Source: a virus
IMG/VR virus record: IMGVR_UViG_3300023174_000057
Coordinates: 64,001-128,000 of that record
Length of the DNA: 64,000 nucleotides
Reading direction: 5' to 3' (one strand)
In this document: positions 25,816 to 35,831 of the stretch, piece after piece
Layout: every line of letters begins with the position of its first letter
Numbering within the stretch: the first letter of the stretch is position 1
The notes under the pieces: generated by a model
The model's database searches: none
What the model was told of the DNA's origin: nothing
What the model saw: only the letters and a program-made list of their open reading frames with translations
Translations under genes and position numbers: made by a program

Positions 25816-28800
25816 TGTCGGTCGGTCTGTTCCTGCCCTTGCCGAAGGCCCTCGCGAGAGAGTTCCCGTCGCTGGGTGACCACGACACGTCGCCCCCCCA
25901 CGCGACCCTCGCGTACCTCCCGCCTAACAGCGTGGGAGTCTACGACGGCCCGGTGCCCGAGGGTTCGTGGACCTTCAGTGATGTGGAGGTGTGGGGGCTG
26001 GGGGACGATCCCGTGGTGCTCCCACTGGGTGATTCGTTGTCGGGGCGGGTCGCCGCCCGTTACAAGTCCAAGAAGAAGATCGAGACCAAGGACGGTGGCG
26101 AGGCCACCGTGTACGAGTACGGCCCGAGGCAGATCGCCAACCGTCACCGTGAGAAGGCCGAGCGGGTCGAGCACCTGCGGAACCACATCACGGACCTCCG
26201 GGCGCGGGTGAAGGACGACCTCAAGTCAGACGACCCCATGACCCGGATGACGGCCCTCGCCGTGTCCCTCATGGACCACACCTGTGAGCGGGTGGGCAAC
26301 GACGACAGCGCGAAGAACGGTCACTTCGGGGTGACGGGCTGGAAAGTCGAGCACGTCACGTTTCGTGGTGACACTGCGACCATCGAGTACGTTGGGAAGT
26401 CAGGAGTCGCTCACACCAAGACGGTGGACGACGGTCCCACGGTCAAGGCGCTCCGCGAGGTGTGCAAGGACCGGAAGAAGGGTGACACCATCCTCGACAC
26501 GGACGACGCACGGGTCACCGCCGACGAGGTGAACGACTACCTTGCGGAGTTCGATGTCACCGCCAAGGACATCCGGGGCTACCGGGCCAACGACGAGATG
26601 TGCAAGGCCCTGCGGGACGAGCGCGCCAAGGGGCCGAAAGACCTCCCCCGCTCCCGCAAGGAGAGGGACAAGATCCTCAAGGACGAGTTCAAGGCGGCGC
26701 TGGAGCGGGTGGCCGAGACCGTTGGCCATGAAGCCGCCACCCTGCGTTCGCAGTACCTCGTGCCGGGGCTAGAGGACCAGTACGTCCACGACGGGACGGT
26801 CATCAAGTCCCTCAAGACGGCCACCAAGACGGACGCCGAGCGGGAGGACGAGGCCACCGAGAAGTTGGTGAAGCCGTCGCCCAAGGCGAAGCCTCCGCGC
26901 CACGACCTCCGTAACGAGCGCGTGGAGGCCGAGAGCGATCCCGATCTCGACACCGACGACGACGACCTGTCGCTCAACTTCAAGAAGGTCGCCTCCCGTT
27001 CGCTCATCGCCATGATGGCCGAGCGGGTCGCCTCCCGCTACCTTGACGCCAAGCGCGACCGCCCTTCTCGCAAAGAGCGCAAGAAGGAGAAGATGAAGCA
27101 GCGCGAGGAAGAGGAAGACGAGTTCCTCAAGGATGTCGAGGGCGTCAAGTTCACGAACCCCGAGACCAAGAACGAGGTCGGGTTCCGATCTCTGCCTCTT
27201 GACGAGCAGAAGAAGATCCGCGCCAAGTGGCGTCAAAAGCGAGAGAAGGAAAAGTCCGAGGAGGGCGAGGGGGAAGAGCCCGAGGAAAAGCCCGAGAAGG
27301 ACAAGGGCGAAGGGGGAGCGCCCGCCGCCGACGAGGAGGCCAAGAAGCTGGAGAAGGACTACTCCGAAGGTGAGGAGAAGGACAAGTCCGAGGCTCCTTC
27401 CGAGGAGAGCGCGAAGGCCCCCGCCGACAAGCCCTCTGACGAAGAAGCCAAGAAGCCCGAGGAGTCCCCTTCCGAGGATGCCAAGTCCGACGCCTCTCCC
27501 AAGGCTGAGAAGCCCACCTCCGACGCGAAGCCCGACGCGAAGGCTCCTGAGCCCGAGCTCGACGAAGAGGGCAAGCGGCTGATGGGTGAGTACGAGGCTG
27601 AGAAGGCCCGTGCCCAATCCGAGCTCGACGAGGCCAAAGCCGACGAGGCTGAAGCCGAGAAGGACGAAGCCGATGCCGCGAAGGACAGTGAGAAGGCCAA
27701 GGACGAAGCCGAGGAGTACAAAGTTCCTGCCCCTCGTGAGATCCTCGACAAGGTCACGGAGTCACTCTCTACGAAGGCCAAGATGTCCGACGCTGCCGCC
27801 AAGGGAGTGGGCGGCGTCATCTCCGATGTGACCCGAGGTCAACCCAAAGAGGTGGTCGAAGACTTCTTGAAGCAAGCCCCCGAGGTGGCCAACGGCATCC
27901 TCGACCGCGTGTCGAAGGGCGACGCCAAGGCTCTCAACCTCCCCGACGACTTCAAGGACGCTGGGTTGGGCAAGACGTACAACTCTGAGAAGATGGTCGA
28001 GCACCTGACCAAGGTGACCGAGGAGCGAGACGCCTTCCAAGAGAAGGCGACGAAGGCCAAGGAGAAGGTCGCCGCCGCGAAGACTAAGGTCTCGGATGCG
28101 GCCAAGAAGATCCTCGACAACCGTGCGGAGATCCGCAAGTGCCGTGAGTCCCTCCGCAAAAGCGCCGACGAGACCGCCTCAGCGGAACAGAAGGTCACGG
28201 ACGCCCAGAAAGAGTACAACAAGGCTGACAAAGCCTACAAAGACGCGATCTCTCTCGTGCCTGACGAGAAGAAGATCAAAGATGCTACTCGCACGGTCAG
28301 CCGTGCAGAGGCGAACATCAAGCGTCTGAAGAACCAGTCGGACAGCATCCCGGGAGAAATCGAGGAGGCCGAGGAGGAGCTCAAAAAGGCACAGGCTGCG
28401 CTGGAGGGTGAGAAGAACCCGAAGCGAGACCCGAAGGCCATTGAGAAAGCCAAGGCTGCGTCCATCGAAGCCCTCAAGGCGCTGGACTCTGCCAAGTCTG
28501 ACAAGGCCAAGGTGGGGGCGTCCGGGAAGAAGGCCCAAGAGACCCTCGACAAGGCCACGGCTGAGTCCACCAAGCTGGAGGAAGCCAAGAAGGCCGCAGA
28601 GGAAGCCGTCCCCAGAGCCGAAGAGGCTGCGAAGACTGCCGACGAAGCCTACAAGACCAAGAGCTCCGAGCTCAACCGCCAGACGGCCTACCACGTCGGG
28701 ATGGCTCACTACATGGCCACCCAGACGGACCCCACTGTGGGGTCCAGTGACCCGGCCACCCGTCGCACCGAATCGGCCAAGAAGTACCAGAACCTCACCC

Positions 28801-29558
28801 CCGAGGCTCGTACCGAGGGGCTGGAGCGCGCCGACGCCGAGGTGAAACGTCTCAAGGACGAGGTCAAGAACGCCGAGGGCGAGGAGAAAGAGAAGCTCCA
28901 GAAAGAGCTCGCGGTGGTTGAGGCCGAGCACCAAGCGGCCCGGTTCGCGGACATCGTCAACGGCGAGGGGGGGCGCGACGACGATGCCGCCGTCAAGCTC
29001 ATCCGCAAGTTCGGGAAGGACCTTGGGATCGACAACCCCTACATCCAGACGCTTCTGAAGGTCGGGACCAAGGGCGCGAATGCGCGCAAGGCGTTCTTCA
29101 ACCTCGCCAGCAAGATGTCCAACGAGGAGCTCTCGGACCTCGTGGGGGACATGGCTGGTCCCGCCGGGGATCTCCTCAAGAGTGGCGTGAGCAGCCCCGG
29201 GATTCGGGCAAACGTCCTCCAGATCGCTGCGATCACCATGTCCAAGGGTCTCGTTACGGACGAAGAGCTCGACGAACTGACCAAGGGTGTTTCCGGTGTG
29301 CTGGGGGGCCTGTCAGAATCTTCCAAGGGGTCGAAGGCCAAGAAGAAGCTGAAGGAGACGGCTGAGGGGCTGTTCTCGTGGTTCAAGTCCACGACCAAGA
29401 GCCTCCCGGACAACCTCAAAGCTCGCGCCGAGGCAGCGGTCGGCAAGGTCAAGAGCACCTTGGACGACCTCAAGCTCAACTTCGTGGTGCCGGAAAGCCG
29501 CACGAGTCCCTCCCGCGTCGCAGCCCGTTTTCTCGCCTATTCCACGAGGACTAGGTAG
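25815..29558 (+). CDS. Multidomain protein: 2H-phosphoesterase-like fragment, DNA topoisomerase IB catalytic domain, long charged/coiled-coil region
   Basis: PPHATLAY; ERVGN, YVGKSGV, TAKDIRGYRAN, VGHEAATLRSQYL (R, K, K/R, H, Y catalytic set). Confidence 0.8.
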   Translation: MSVGLFLPLPKALAREFPSLGDHDTSPPHATLAYLPPNSVGVYDGPVPEGSWTFSDVEVWGLGDDPVVLPLGDSLSGRVAARYKSKKKIETKDGGEATVYEYGPRQIANRHREKAERVEHLRNHITDLRARVKDDLKSDDPMTRMTALAVSLMDHTCERVGNDDSAKNGHFGVTGWKVEHVTFRGDTATIEYVGKSGVAHTKTVDDGPTVKALREVCKDRKKGDTILDTDDARVTADEVNDYLAEFDVTAKDIRGYRANDEMCKALRDERAKGPKDLPRSRKERDKILKDEFKAALERVAETVGHEAATLRSQYLVPGLEDQYVHDGTVIKSLKTATKTDAEREDEATEKLVKPSPKAKPPRHDLRNERVEAESDPDLDTDDDDLSLNFKKVASRSLIAMMAERVASRYLDAKRDRPSRKERKKEKMKQREEEEDEFLKDVEGVKFTNPETKNEVGFRSLPLDEQKKIRAKWRQKREKEKSEEGEGEEPEEKPEKDKGEGGAPAADEEAKKLEKDYSEGEEKDKSEAPSEESAKAPADKPSDEEAKKPEESPSEDAKSDASPKAEKPTSDAKPDAKAPEPELDEEGKRLMGEYEAEKARAQSELDEAKADEAEAEKDEADAAKDSEKAKDEAEEYKVPAPREILDKVTESLSTKAKMSDAAAKGVGGVISDVTRGQPKEVVEDFLKQAPEVANGILDRVSKGDAKALNLPDDFKDAGLGKTYNSEKMVEHLTKVTEERDAFQEKATKAKEKVAAAKTKVSDAAKKILDNRAEIRKCRESLRKSADETASAEQKVTDAQKEYNKADKAYKDAISLVPDEKKIKDATRTVSRAEANIKRLKNQSDSIPGEIEEAEEELKKAQAALEGEKNPKRDPKAIEKAKAASIEALKALDSAKSDKAKVGASGKKAQETLDKATAESTKLEEAKKAAEEAVPRAEEAAKTADEAYKTKSSELNRQTAYHVGMAHYMATQTDPTVGSSDPATRRTESAKKYQNLTPEARTEGLERADAEVKRLKDEVKNAEGEEKEKLQKELAVVEAEHQAARFADIVNGEGGRDDDAAVKLIRKFGKDLGIDNPYIQTLLKVGTKGANARKAFFNLASKMSNEELSDLVGDMAGPAGDLLKSGVSSPGIRANVLQIAAITMSKGLVTDEELDELTKGVSGVLGGLSESSKGSKAKKKLKETAEGLFSWFKSTTKSLPDNLKARAEAAVGKVKSTLDDLKLNFVVPESRTSPSRVAARFLAYSTRTR

Positions 29559-29641
29559 TGGGTGCATCCCGCCGGGAGCCCCTTGTTTCGTACCACAGCG
29601 CCCACGGTGACCCCGGCGGGACCAGAAGGAGACCCCCTCTC

Positions 29642-30265
29642 ATGACCACCACGAAGAAGGCTTCCAAGGCGGGTGTCCGCCGCGTGACGGCGAACCTCGA
29701 CGCCCTCGCGTCTCTGTTCCAGAACCACCACGCCTCGCTGGGCATCCCCAGCAAGGTGGCGATGGACTTCGCCTACCGCTGCGACCTCCTGTCGGACAGC
29801 ATCGACCGCCGCAAGCAAGCGGGCTACTTCAACCCCGCCGAGATCGGTGAGGAGGAGCCGGGTCCGCTGGTGTTCGACGAGAACAACCCCTTCATGGAGG
29901 GTGAGTTCACGCAGGAGGAGAAGCGCACCCTGAGCGAGAAGCAGATGGCGGGCGAGCTCGCGGCGAACGCCGCCGCCCACGTTGCGGACCCCAAGCTCGC
30001 GTCGGTGATCCGCAAGGCCGCGTACAGCGCCGCGATCAACGCCCTTCGCCTCGCCAAGAAGTCCGAGGAGGCTTCCGAGGAAGTGGCCGAGGAAGTGGCC
30101 GAGGAAGAGCCCAAGGCCGAGGAGAAGGCCAAGGCCGAGAAGCTGGCGCGGGCTCGTCGCGCGGCCAAGAAGTCGGAAGAGGTCAAGGCTGAGGAAGCCA
30201 AGGCCGAGGAAGCCAAGGCCGAGGAAGCCAAGAAGACGGCCAGCATTTTCGGTCTGTTCCGCTGA
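29642..30265 (+). CDS. Putative head/core protein with EEAKA repeats
   Basis: AAGGAG SD; low-complexity Glu/Ala/Lys C-terminus ending KKTASIFGLFR. Confidence 0.7.
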   Translation: MTTTKKASKAGVRRVTANLDALASLFQNHHASLGIPSKVAMDFAYRCDLLSDSIDRRKQAGYFNPAEIGEEEPGPLVFDENNPFMEGEFTQEEKRTLSEKQMAGELAANAAAHVADPKLASVIRKAAYSAAINALRLAKKSEEASEEVAEEVAEEEPKAEEKAKAEKLARARRAAKKSEEVKAEEAKAEEAKAEEAKKTASIFGLFR

Positions 30266-30277
30266 ACGGTGACCGCC

Positions 30278-30832
30278 ATGAGCACGTCCCGTAGGGGTAA
30301 CTACGTCAACTACCAAGCCCGCGCGACCGCTTTCAAAGTGGGCGACCGGGTGTACCCGATTCTCAAGGGTAACCCGTCGAACGGTGGAACCGTTGTCGCC
30401 GTGTGGCCCGCCATCGGGATGGTGGACGTGCAGTACCCCCACGGGACGGCTCGTGCCGCCGTGGAGGACATCCTGATCGACCGGGGCAACTCCATCGAGT
30501 CCGAGGTGGACATCCGGTCGGATACGGTGCCCGGAGGCACGCACACGGTGCCTGTGTCGGGAGGCCCTCCTCTTGAGGAGCGGGAGAGGTCGTCACACCG
30601 CGTGGCGTCCCGGTACGTCAAGCAAGCCATCTACTGGGCGGCAAAGGGCCGTCAGTACAGGCCCAGCCAGACCGAGTTGGAAACGGGCAACCTCTGCTGC
30701 CCCCGGTGCGAGGAAGCCTACCTTCGCAAGACGATCTACAAGCGCGAGGACGGCGCGAGCACGAAGCTCTACTGCTGCCCCGACTGCCTGTTCCTCATCC
30801 GGCGCGACGACATTCTCGGCTTTGAGGAGTGA
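30278..30832 (+). CDS. Hypothetical protein with SH3-like N-terminus, RVASRY tag and zinc ribbon
   Basis: FKVGDRV; CPRC...CPDC. Confidence 0.7.
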   Translation: MSTSRRGNYVNYQARATAFKVGDRVYPILKGNPSNGGTVVAVWPAIGMVDVQYPHGTARAAVEDILIDRGNSIESEVDIRSDTVPGGTHTVPVSGGPPLEERERSSHRVASRYVKQAIYWAAKGRQYRPSQTELETGNLCCPRCEEAYLRKTIYKREDGASTKLYCCPDCLFLIRRDDILGFEE

Positions 30833-30835
30833 CCC

Positions 30836-32245
30836 GTGGCATTTTTGCGCTACGCCAACGCCCGTACCCTCCACCCGTACATCACAGGTCAGCGGTGGGA
30901 CAACGTGCGCGTTGCCGCCTCGCAGACCCGGATGGATCGCAACCTCGTCGGGCAAGCGTCCAAGATCCTCAACGAGCAGTTCGACCCGTCGAAGTACCTG
31001 CTGTCCCACGCCACCATCGTGGCGTCCGTGGACTGCCTCGACGTGCCCAACGCCCGAGTGGGGGCCTCGACGGTCAACGGCAAGAAGGTCAACCGCAAGA
31101 CCACGGCCTACCGGATCAAGACCGAGTGCGAGCAGTTCATCAACAACAACTTCGACAGTTGGTCGAGGGATGTACTGCTGAAGTCCTACAAGACCTTCAT
31201 CGGCGCTCACAACTTCTTGGAGCACGTCCAGATCGAGAACCTGTCCAAGGGACGGATTCTCGACGCCGTGGCGCGTGACATCGGTGACTCCGTCTACGTT
31301 GACATCCTGATCGCCACGGACCGCAAGCACCGTGAGCTCATCAAGGACATTGAGAGCGGAGAGATGTCCACCCTGAGCATGGGGTGCTCCATCGACGGGA
31401 GCACTTGTACTCAGTGTGGTCACTGGGCAGCGGACGAGACCGAGTTCTGTGACCACGTCAAGTACACCAAGGGCAACACGTTCTTCGACGAGAAGGGCCA
31501 GCGGCACCGTGTCGCGGAGCTCTGTGGGGACGTGACCCTTGACCCCACGGGCGGGGTGCAGTTCATCGAGGCAAGCTGGGTGAAGGTGCCAGCGTTCAAG
31601 GGCGCTGTGGCGCGGAACCTCATCACCCTGTCCAGCGACGACAAGAGCAAGACCGCCAAGCGCATCCAGAACGTGGTCGGCACCCCGGCCCCGAAGGTTC
31701 CCTCTGACGGGTACCTCAAGGCGGCGCGCACCCTCCTCGCGGAGGAGGGTGACGAAGGTGGTGAAGCACCCCCTGCGGAGAGCCCCGCCCCGGACCCCTT
31801 GAAGGAGCTCACGGACGAGGTGCGGAAGTACGTCCTCGACACCGTGAAGAAGTCTCTCAAGGAGGACCTCACCAAGGCCACCCTCGCCCCGGCCATCCTC
31901 CCGCCCACCGACGCCCCCAACGACACGGTGGTCAAGCAAGCCCGGGCCAAACGGAGCCAGTACATCGCCGGGGTCAACCGCCTCGTCCGTACCGCCTCCA
32001 GTGACAGGGAGCTCGTCCAGAAAATCGCACGGTGGAACCACCAGAACGCGATTTTTGTCCCCGAGATTCTCTATCGCACCGCCCTAAAGGTCGGGAGCTC
32101 GCACAAGTACGCGAGCCTCCGTTCGTTTCTCGGTAAGTGTCAGGAGTCCCTTGGCCGAGCCCCCAGCTTGGGTGAAGCCCGGACGCTGGTACGTCTCGCC
32201 AAACTGATCTCAATCCGCAGTCTCGGCGTCAAGCCGAAGCCCTAA
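30836..32245 (+). CDS. Prohead (capsid maturation) protease
   Basis: NNNFDSW...FIGAHNFLEH...KGRILDA...LSMGC..CTQCG..FCDH...FIEASWVKVPAF; upstream of scaffold and MCP. Confidence 0.78.
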   Translation: MAFLRYANARTLHPYITGQRWDNVRVAASQTRMDRNLVGQASKILNEQFDPSKYLLSHATIVASVDCLDVPNARVGASTVNGKKVNRKTTAYRIKTECEQFINNNFDSWSRDVLLKSYKTFIGAHNFLEHVQIENLSKGRILDAVARDIGDSVYVDILIATDRKHRELIKDIESGEMSTLSMGCSIDGSTCTQCGHWAADETEFCDHVKYTKGNTFFDEKGQRHRVAELCGDVTLDPTGGVQFIEASWVKVPAFKGAVARNLITLSSDDKSKTAKRIQNVVGTPAPKVPSDGYLKAARTLLAEEGDEGGEAPPAESPAPDPLKELTDEVRKYVLDTVKKSLKEDLTKATLAPAILPPTDAPNDTVVKQARAKRSQYIAGVNRLVRTASSDRELVQKIARWNHQNAIFVPEILYRTALKVGSSHKYASLRSFLGKCQESLGRAPSLGEARTLVRLAKLISIRSLGVKPKP

Positions 32246-32259
32246 ACAGGAGAAATGCA

Positions 32260-33843
32260 ATGTCTCGACGCCGTCTGACGTGGAATGGTCGCACCGCTTC
32301 TGCCCCCCCTGCGATGCCGGGGTATCAGGAGCCCAGCATTCACCCCGCCGCGTACCCGGACCCGGAGGCTGATGCCTACGAGAACGGTGACACGAGCTCG
32401 TGGGCCGAAGACCCGCACCCGGGTCCGTACCCGAATTCGTTCCACCCGGCGCTTCCGGGCACCGAGGAGCCGATGGGCCACCCGGCGACGGACCCCGCCC
32501 ACTACTTCCCGGCGGGCGTGACGAAGCAAGCCTCGCGTCAGCTTCGTGCGGCGATGGAGGCGAAGGCCGCGAAGTGCATCCGCATCGCGCAGTCGATGCT
32601 GGGCAAGAGCGCGTCGGTCAGCGCCGTCGAGGACCAAGCTCTCGACCTCATGAACCTCACCGAGCGCCAGATCCAAGCCGCTCTCAAGCGTATCGCTGAG
32701 GACGGGATGGCGCAGGACGTTCCCACCGAGGCGAGCGCGGACCTCCTCGCGGTGGACAACTACACCCTCACCCCGTCGCGCACGAGCGACGAGGCCCTCC
32801 TCGCCAGCATGATGGCCGAGGAGCACGGTGCGGGCCATGACGCCGACGAGGCTCTCCTTGCCAGCATGATGGCTGATGAGCACGGTGCTGGTCACGATGC
32901 CGACGAGGCGCTTCTCGCCAGCATGATGGCCGAGGAAGCCCCCAAGGCTGGCAAGATGTCGGAGGAGGCCAAGGCTGAGGCGCTTCTCTCCAGCATGATG
33001 GCCGAGGAGGCTCCCAAGGCTGGCAAGATGTCGGGCAAGCTCTCGGAGCAGATCGCTTCGCTCGTCGCGGAGCAGGTTGCGAGCATCATGGCGGGTCGCA
33101 AGGCGTCGTCCAAGCGCGCGTTCGGTGTGTACGACAAGATGCCCGGTGACCAGAACGATCCGGCGCACTACAACTTCCGCGCTGAGGGCGTCCTCGCTTC
33201 TGCCAAGAAGTCCGAGGAGAAGGCCGAGGAAGAGCCCAAGGCCGAGGAGACCGCTGCCGAGGAGACCGCTGCCAAGAAGGCGGCGCACTACCAGCGCCTC
33301 GTGGCCCACTACGCTCGCATCGCCAAGAAGTCCGAGGAGACCAAGGCCGACGAGGTCGAGGCCGAGGAGGCCGCTGACGAGGAGCCCAAGGCTGGCAAGA
33401 AGGCTGGCATGACGGCGGACATCAAGGCCGCTATCGCGGAGCTCCTCGCGGAGGAGACCGCCCCGGCGGCGGGCATGGTCGCGGAGGAATTCGCTGAGGA
33501 AGACCCGATGGCCGACGACCTCATGGGCGACCTCATGGGCGACGAGGCCCCGGTGGCCGACGACCTCATGGCCCTCTACAGCATGAAGCTGGCGGGCAAG
33601 AAGTCGGAAGAGGCCGAGGAAGCCGACGAGGCGACTGCCGAGGAGGCCGACGAGGTCGAGGCCGAGGAGGCCGCTGACGAGGAGCCCAAGGCTGGCAAGA
33701 AGGCGGCGGTTCGCCCGCAAGCCCGCAAGGCGTCGAACGGCGTCCGCACTCTCGGCGCGGTGTCCAAGGTCGCGTCGAGCGACGTGAACGACCTGTCGAA
33801 GCTCTGGGAGAGCGCCCCCGACGTGTCCAAGGTCTTCGGCTGA
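32260..33843 (+). CDS. Capsid scaffolding protein
   Basis: Acidic Ala/Glu-rich protein with tandem EALLASMMAEE repeats and a duplicated ~60 bp segment; between protease and MCP. Confidence 0.7.
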   Translation: MSRRRLTWNGRTASAPPAMPGYQEPSIHPAAYPDPEADAYENGDTSSWAEDPHPGPYPNSFHPALPGTEEPMGHPATDPAHYFPAGVTKQASRQLRAAMEAKAAKCIRIAQSMLGKSASVSAVEDQALDLMNLTERQIQAALKRIAEDGMAQDVPTEASADLLAVDNYTLTPSRTSDEALLASMMAEEHGAGHDADEALLASMMADEHGAGHDADEALLASMMAEEAPKAGKMSEEAKAEALLSSMMAEEAPKAGKMSGKLSEQIASLVAEQVASIMAGRKASSKRAFGVYDKMPGDQNDPAHYNFRAEGVLASAKKSEEKAEEEPKAEETAAEETAAKKAAHYQRLVAHYARIAKKSEETKADEVEAEEAADEEPKAGKKAGMTADIKAAIAELLAEETAPAAGMVAEEFAEEDPMADDLMGDLMGDEAPVADDLMALYSMKLAGKKSEEAEEADEATAEEADEVEAEEAADEEPKAGKKAAVRPQARKASNGVRTLGAVSKVASSDVNDLSKLWESAPDVSKVFG

Positions 33844-33871
33844 TCCCCGGCTGACCGACCCCAACAACGGA

Positions 33872-33908
33872 GCGCCCGTGAGAGAAATCTCACGGGCGTT
33901 TTCGTTTG
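33872..33908 (+). terminator. Intrinsic terminator
   Basis: GCGCCCGTGAGA-GAAA-TCTCACGGGCGT followed by TTTCGTTT. Confidence 0.75.
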
Positions 33909-34035
33909 TCTGCCAATACCACCGTCCGTAGTACGGGAGCTTTGCTTCCTCACTTGTGGTTATTCCGGCATGGTGTCGGGAGGGCTGCAAGGGTAGACCA
34001 CACGCCCCTGTAAACAGGGGTCAAAGGAGTGCATC

Positions 34036-34734
34036 ATGCCTTTGGCTGGACAGGCGAGCGGTGGCTGGACGGAGTCCTCGTCGGCTCTTCGGATTCTCCA
34101 CGTTGGTGTTCGCAACACCGTGGGCGTCCTGACCGACGACAGCTTCACCCAGACCAACCCTCCGATCATCACCACTGCCGGGACGGTTTCGACCGCTCCC
34201 GGCGCTCTCACCGAAGTTCTCGGCATCCTCTCGGGCTCCGTGGCCTTCACCCGCCCGGACGCGGGGAGCAACTTCATCGGTGGACCGACCAAGACCGCGA
34301 TGGCCCTCCCGGCCAGCGTGACTCAGGTCCTCCCGCTGGGCTGCTTCATCAACTCGGCGGCGGGCAACCCCTACGAGAACCTCCCGGCGGTCGCGTCGGG
34401 CAAGGGTCCGTATGTCGCTGCGATGGGCACCTACGGCAACCGCCTCTACGAGACGCAGCTTCTCGTTGCCACCACGGGCACCGTGGTCGCGGCGGGCACG
34501 GCGCTCACCTACGTCGCGGGCATGAAGCTCGTGGCGTCGCAGAACGGCTACCTGATGCCCAGCGTCGTGTTCAACGGCGCGGCTCTCGTCGCCGTGGACA
34601 ACACCGCTGGTGGCGGTGCGTACAACACGCTGGAAAGCGTGAACGCGGGCGCTGTTGTGGCGACCACGGTCGGCATCCTCAAGATGCCCCCGGATTCGGT
34701 CATGACCGAAATCGTGTTCGATCAGCGCATCTGA
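34036..34734 (+). CDS. Head decoration/minor capsid protein
   Basis: AAGGAG SD; directly upstream of MCP; beta-rich Gly/Thr/Ala composition. Confidence 0.65.
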   Translation: MPLAGQASGGWTESSSALRILHVGVRNTVGVLTDDSFTQTNPPIITTAGTVSTAPGALTEVLGILSGSVAFTRPDAGSNFIGGPTKTAMALPASVTQVLPLGCFINSAAGNPYENLPAVASGKGPYVAAMGTYGNRLYETQLLVATTGTVVAAGTALTYVAGMKLVASQNGYLMPSVVFNGAALVAVDNTAGGGAYNTLESVNAGAVVATTVGILKMPPDSVMTEIVFDQRI

Positions 34735-34756
34735 CAGGAAGGGAAGGAACACGAAC

Positions 34757-35638
34757 ATGACTACGCCCAACGTCAGCACCGCGATCAAGCAGAAGATCAT
34801 CGGTGACTACATCAAGACCGCCGCTGGCCGCGCGAAGCTCGCCGCTTCGATGACCCAGCCGCTCCGCACCCGCCGCGACTACATGAGCGTCGGTCGCAAG
34901 ACCTTCCTCGTGGAGCAGTTGCCGGATGGTGCGCTGCCGATCTACGACAAGGACCCGGACGTGACTGCGTTCGTGGTTGGTGAGGAAGGCGAGAACATCC
35001 TCGCGATCACCAAGCCCCGCCGCGTGATCTTCCCCCTCTTCGAGATCGCCAGCAACCCCGAGATCCCGCTGACGCAGATCAAGGAGCGTCGCTTCGACCT
35101 GATCGAGCGCGCTCAGGATCTCGCCCGCGCGATGATTCAGGCGGCGGAAGACGAGCGCGTCTTCGCGGTCCTCGACGCCATCGCCGTCAACGGGTTCGAC
35201 AGCATCCCCGGCGGCACCAACCCGGACATCCCCGTGGTCGCCCCGCTCAACGGCGCGGTTCTCGCGGATGCCTACGCCCTCATCGAGCGTCACGACCTCC
35301 GCGTCGCCCGCGTGTACATGAACGCGCGTGACTACGCGGACGTTCGCAAGTTCGGTCGGGACATCCTCGACATCGAGTCTCAGGCGACCCTGCTCAAGAC
35401 CGGCCTTCAGGCGACCCTCTGGGGCGCTCAGGTCATCACGAGCCGTCTCGTCCCCGCTGGCACGGTGTACGTTTGCTGCGAACCGGAAATGTTCGGTCGG
35501 ATTCCGGTCCGTACCGAGCTCACGGTCCTCAGCGCCGACGACCCCAAGGCCCGCACCATCGGCTTCTCGGTGTTTGAGAACCTCGGCATCGGGGCGTACA
35601 ACCCCCGTGGCCTCACCCGCCTCACGATCACCCGCTGA
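34757..35638 (+). CDS. Major capsid protein (HK97 fold)
   Basis: QPLRTRRDYMSVGRKTFLVEQLPDGALPIYDKD...FEIASNPEI...IQAAEDERVF; recalled similarity to Bxz1/Myrna-type capsids; strong codon bias. Confidence 0.88.
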   Translation: MTTPNVSTAIKQKIIGDYIKTAAGRAKLAASMTQPLRTRRDYMSVGRKTFLVEQLPDGALPIYDKDPDVTAFVVGEEGENILAITKPRRVIFPLFEIASNPEIPLTQIKERRFDLIERAQDLARAMIQAAEDERVFAVLDAIAVNGFDSIPGGTNPDIPVVAPLNGAVLADAYALIERHDLRVARVYMNARDYADVRKFGRDILDIESQATLLKTGLQATLWGAQVITSRLVPAGTVYVCCEPEMFGRIPVRTELTVLSADDPKARTIGFSVFENLGIGAYNPRGLTRLTITR

Positions 35639-35669
35639 TCGCTCGTAACTCTGCGTAAAAGCAGCGATT

Positions 35670-35715
35670 TTCGCCCTCCCGGTCACAACAGACCGGGAGG
35701 GCGAAGTCGTTTATG
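35670..35715 (+). terminator. Terminator hairpin after MCP
   Basis: 15-bp perfect stem TTCGCCCTCCCGGTC-ACAACA-GACCGGGAGGGCGAA. Confidence 0.75.
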
Positions 35716-35794
35716 GGTGTTGGGATTTTTGGGTGGTGGTACTTTCCACACGCGGTTCACCACTCACCACTCGCTCCCCGGTCTGCGCTCTCAC

Positions 35795-35822
35795 TTGACG
35801 GTCTGTTTTCGTCTGTTATGAT
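35795..35822 (+). promoter_or_regulatory. Sigma70-type promoter
   Basis: TTGACG-N16-TATGAT with extended -10 TG; ATG 9 nt downstream. Confidence 0.6.
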
Positions 35823-35831
35823 ATCTTCGCG

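Noticed and set aside
25815-29558. Tape measure protein
   Set aside because: Sits between portal and protease rather than in a tail module, contains a topoisomerase IB domain and is highly charged.
32780-33710. Scaffold internal repeats as a separate mobile or regulatory element
   Set aside because: In-frame low-complexity duplications typical of scaffolding proteins.
34757-35638. Encapsulin shell protein of a cellular nanocompartment
   Set aside because: Adjacent terminase, portal, protease and scaffold genes identify it as a phage major capsid protein.
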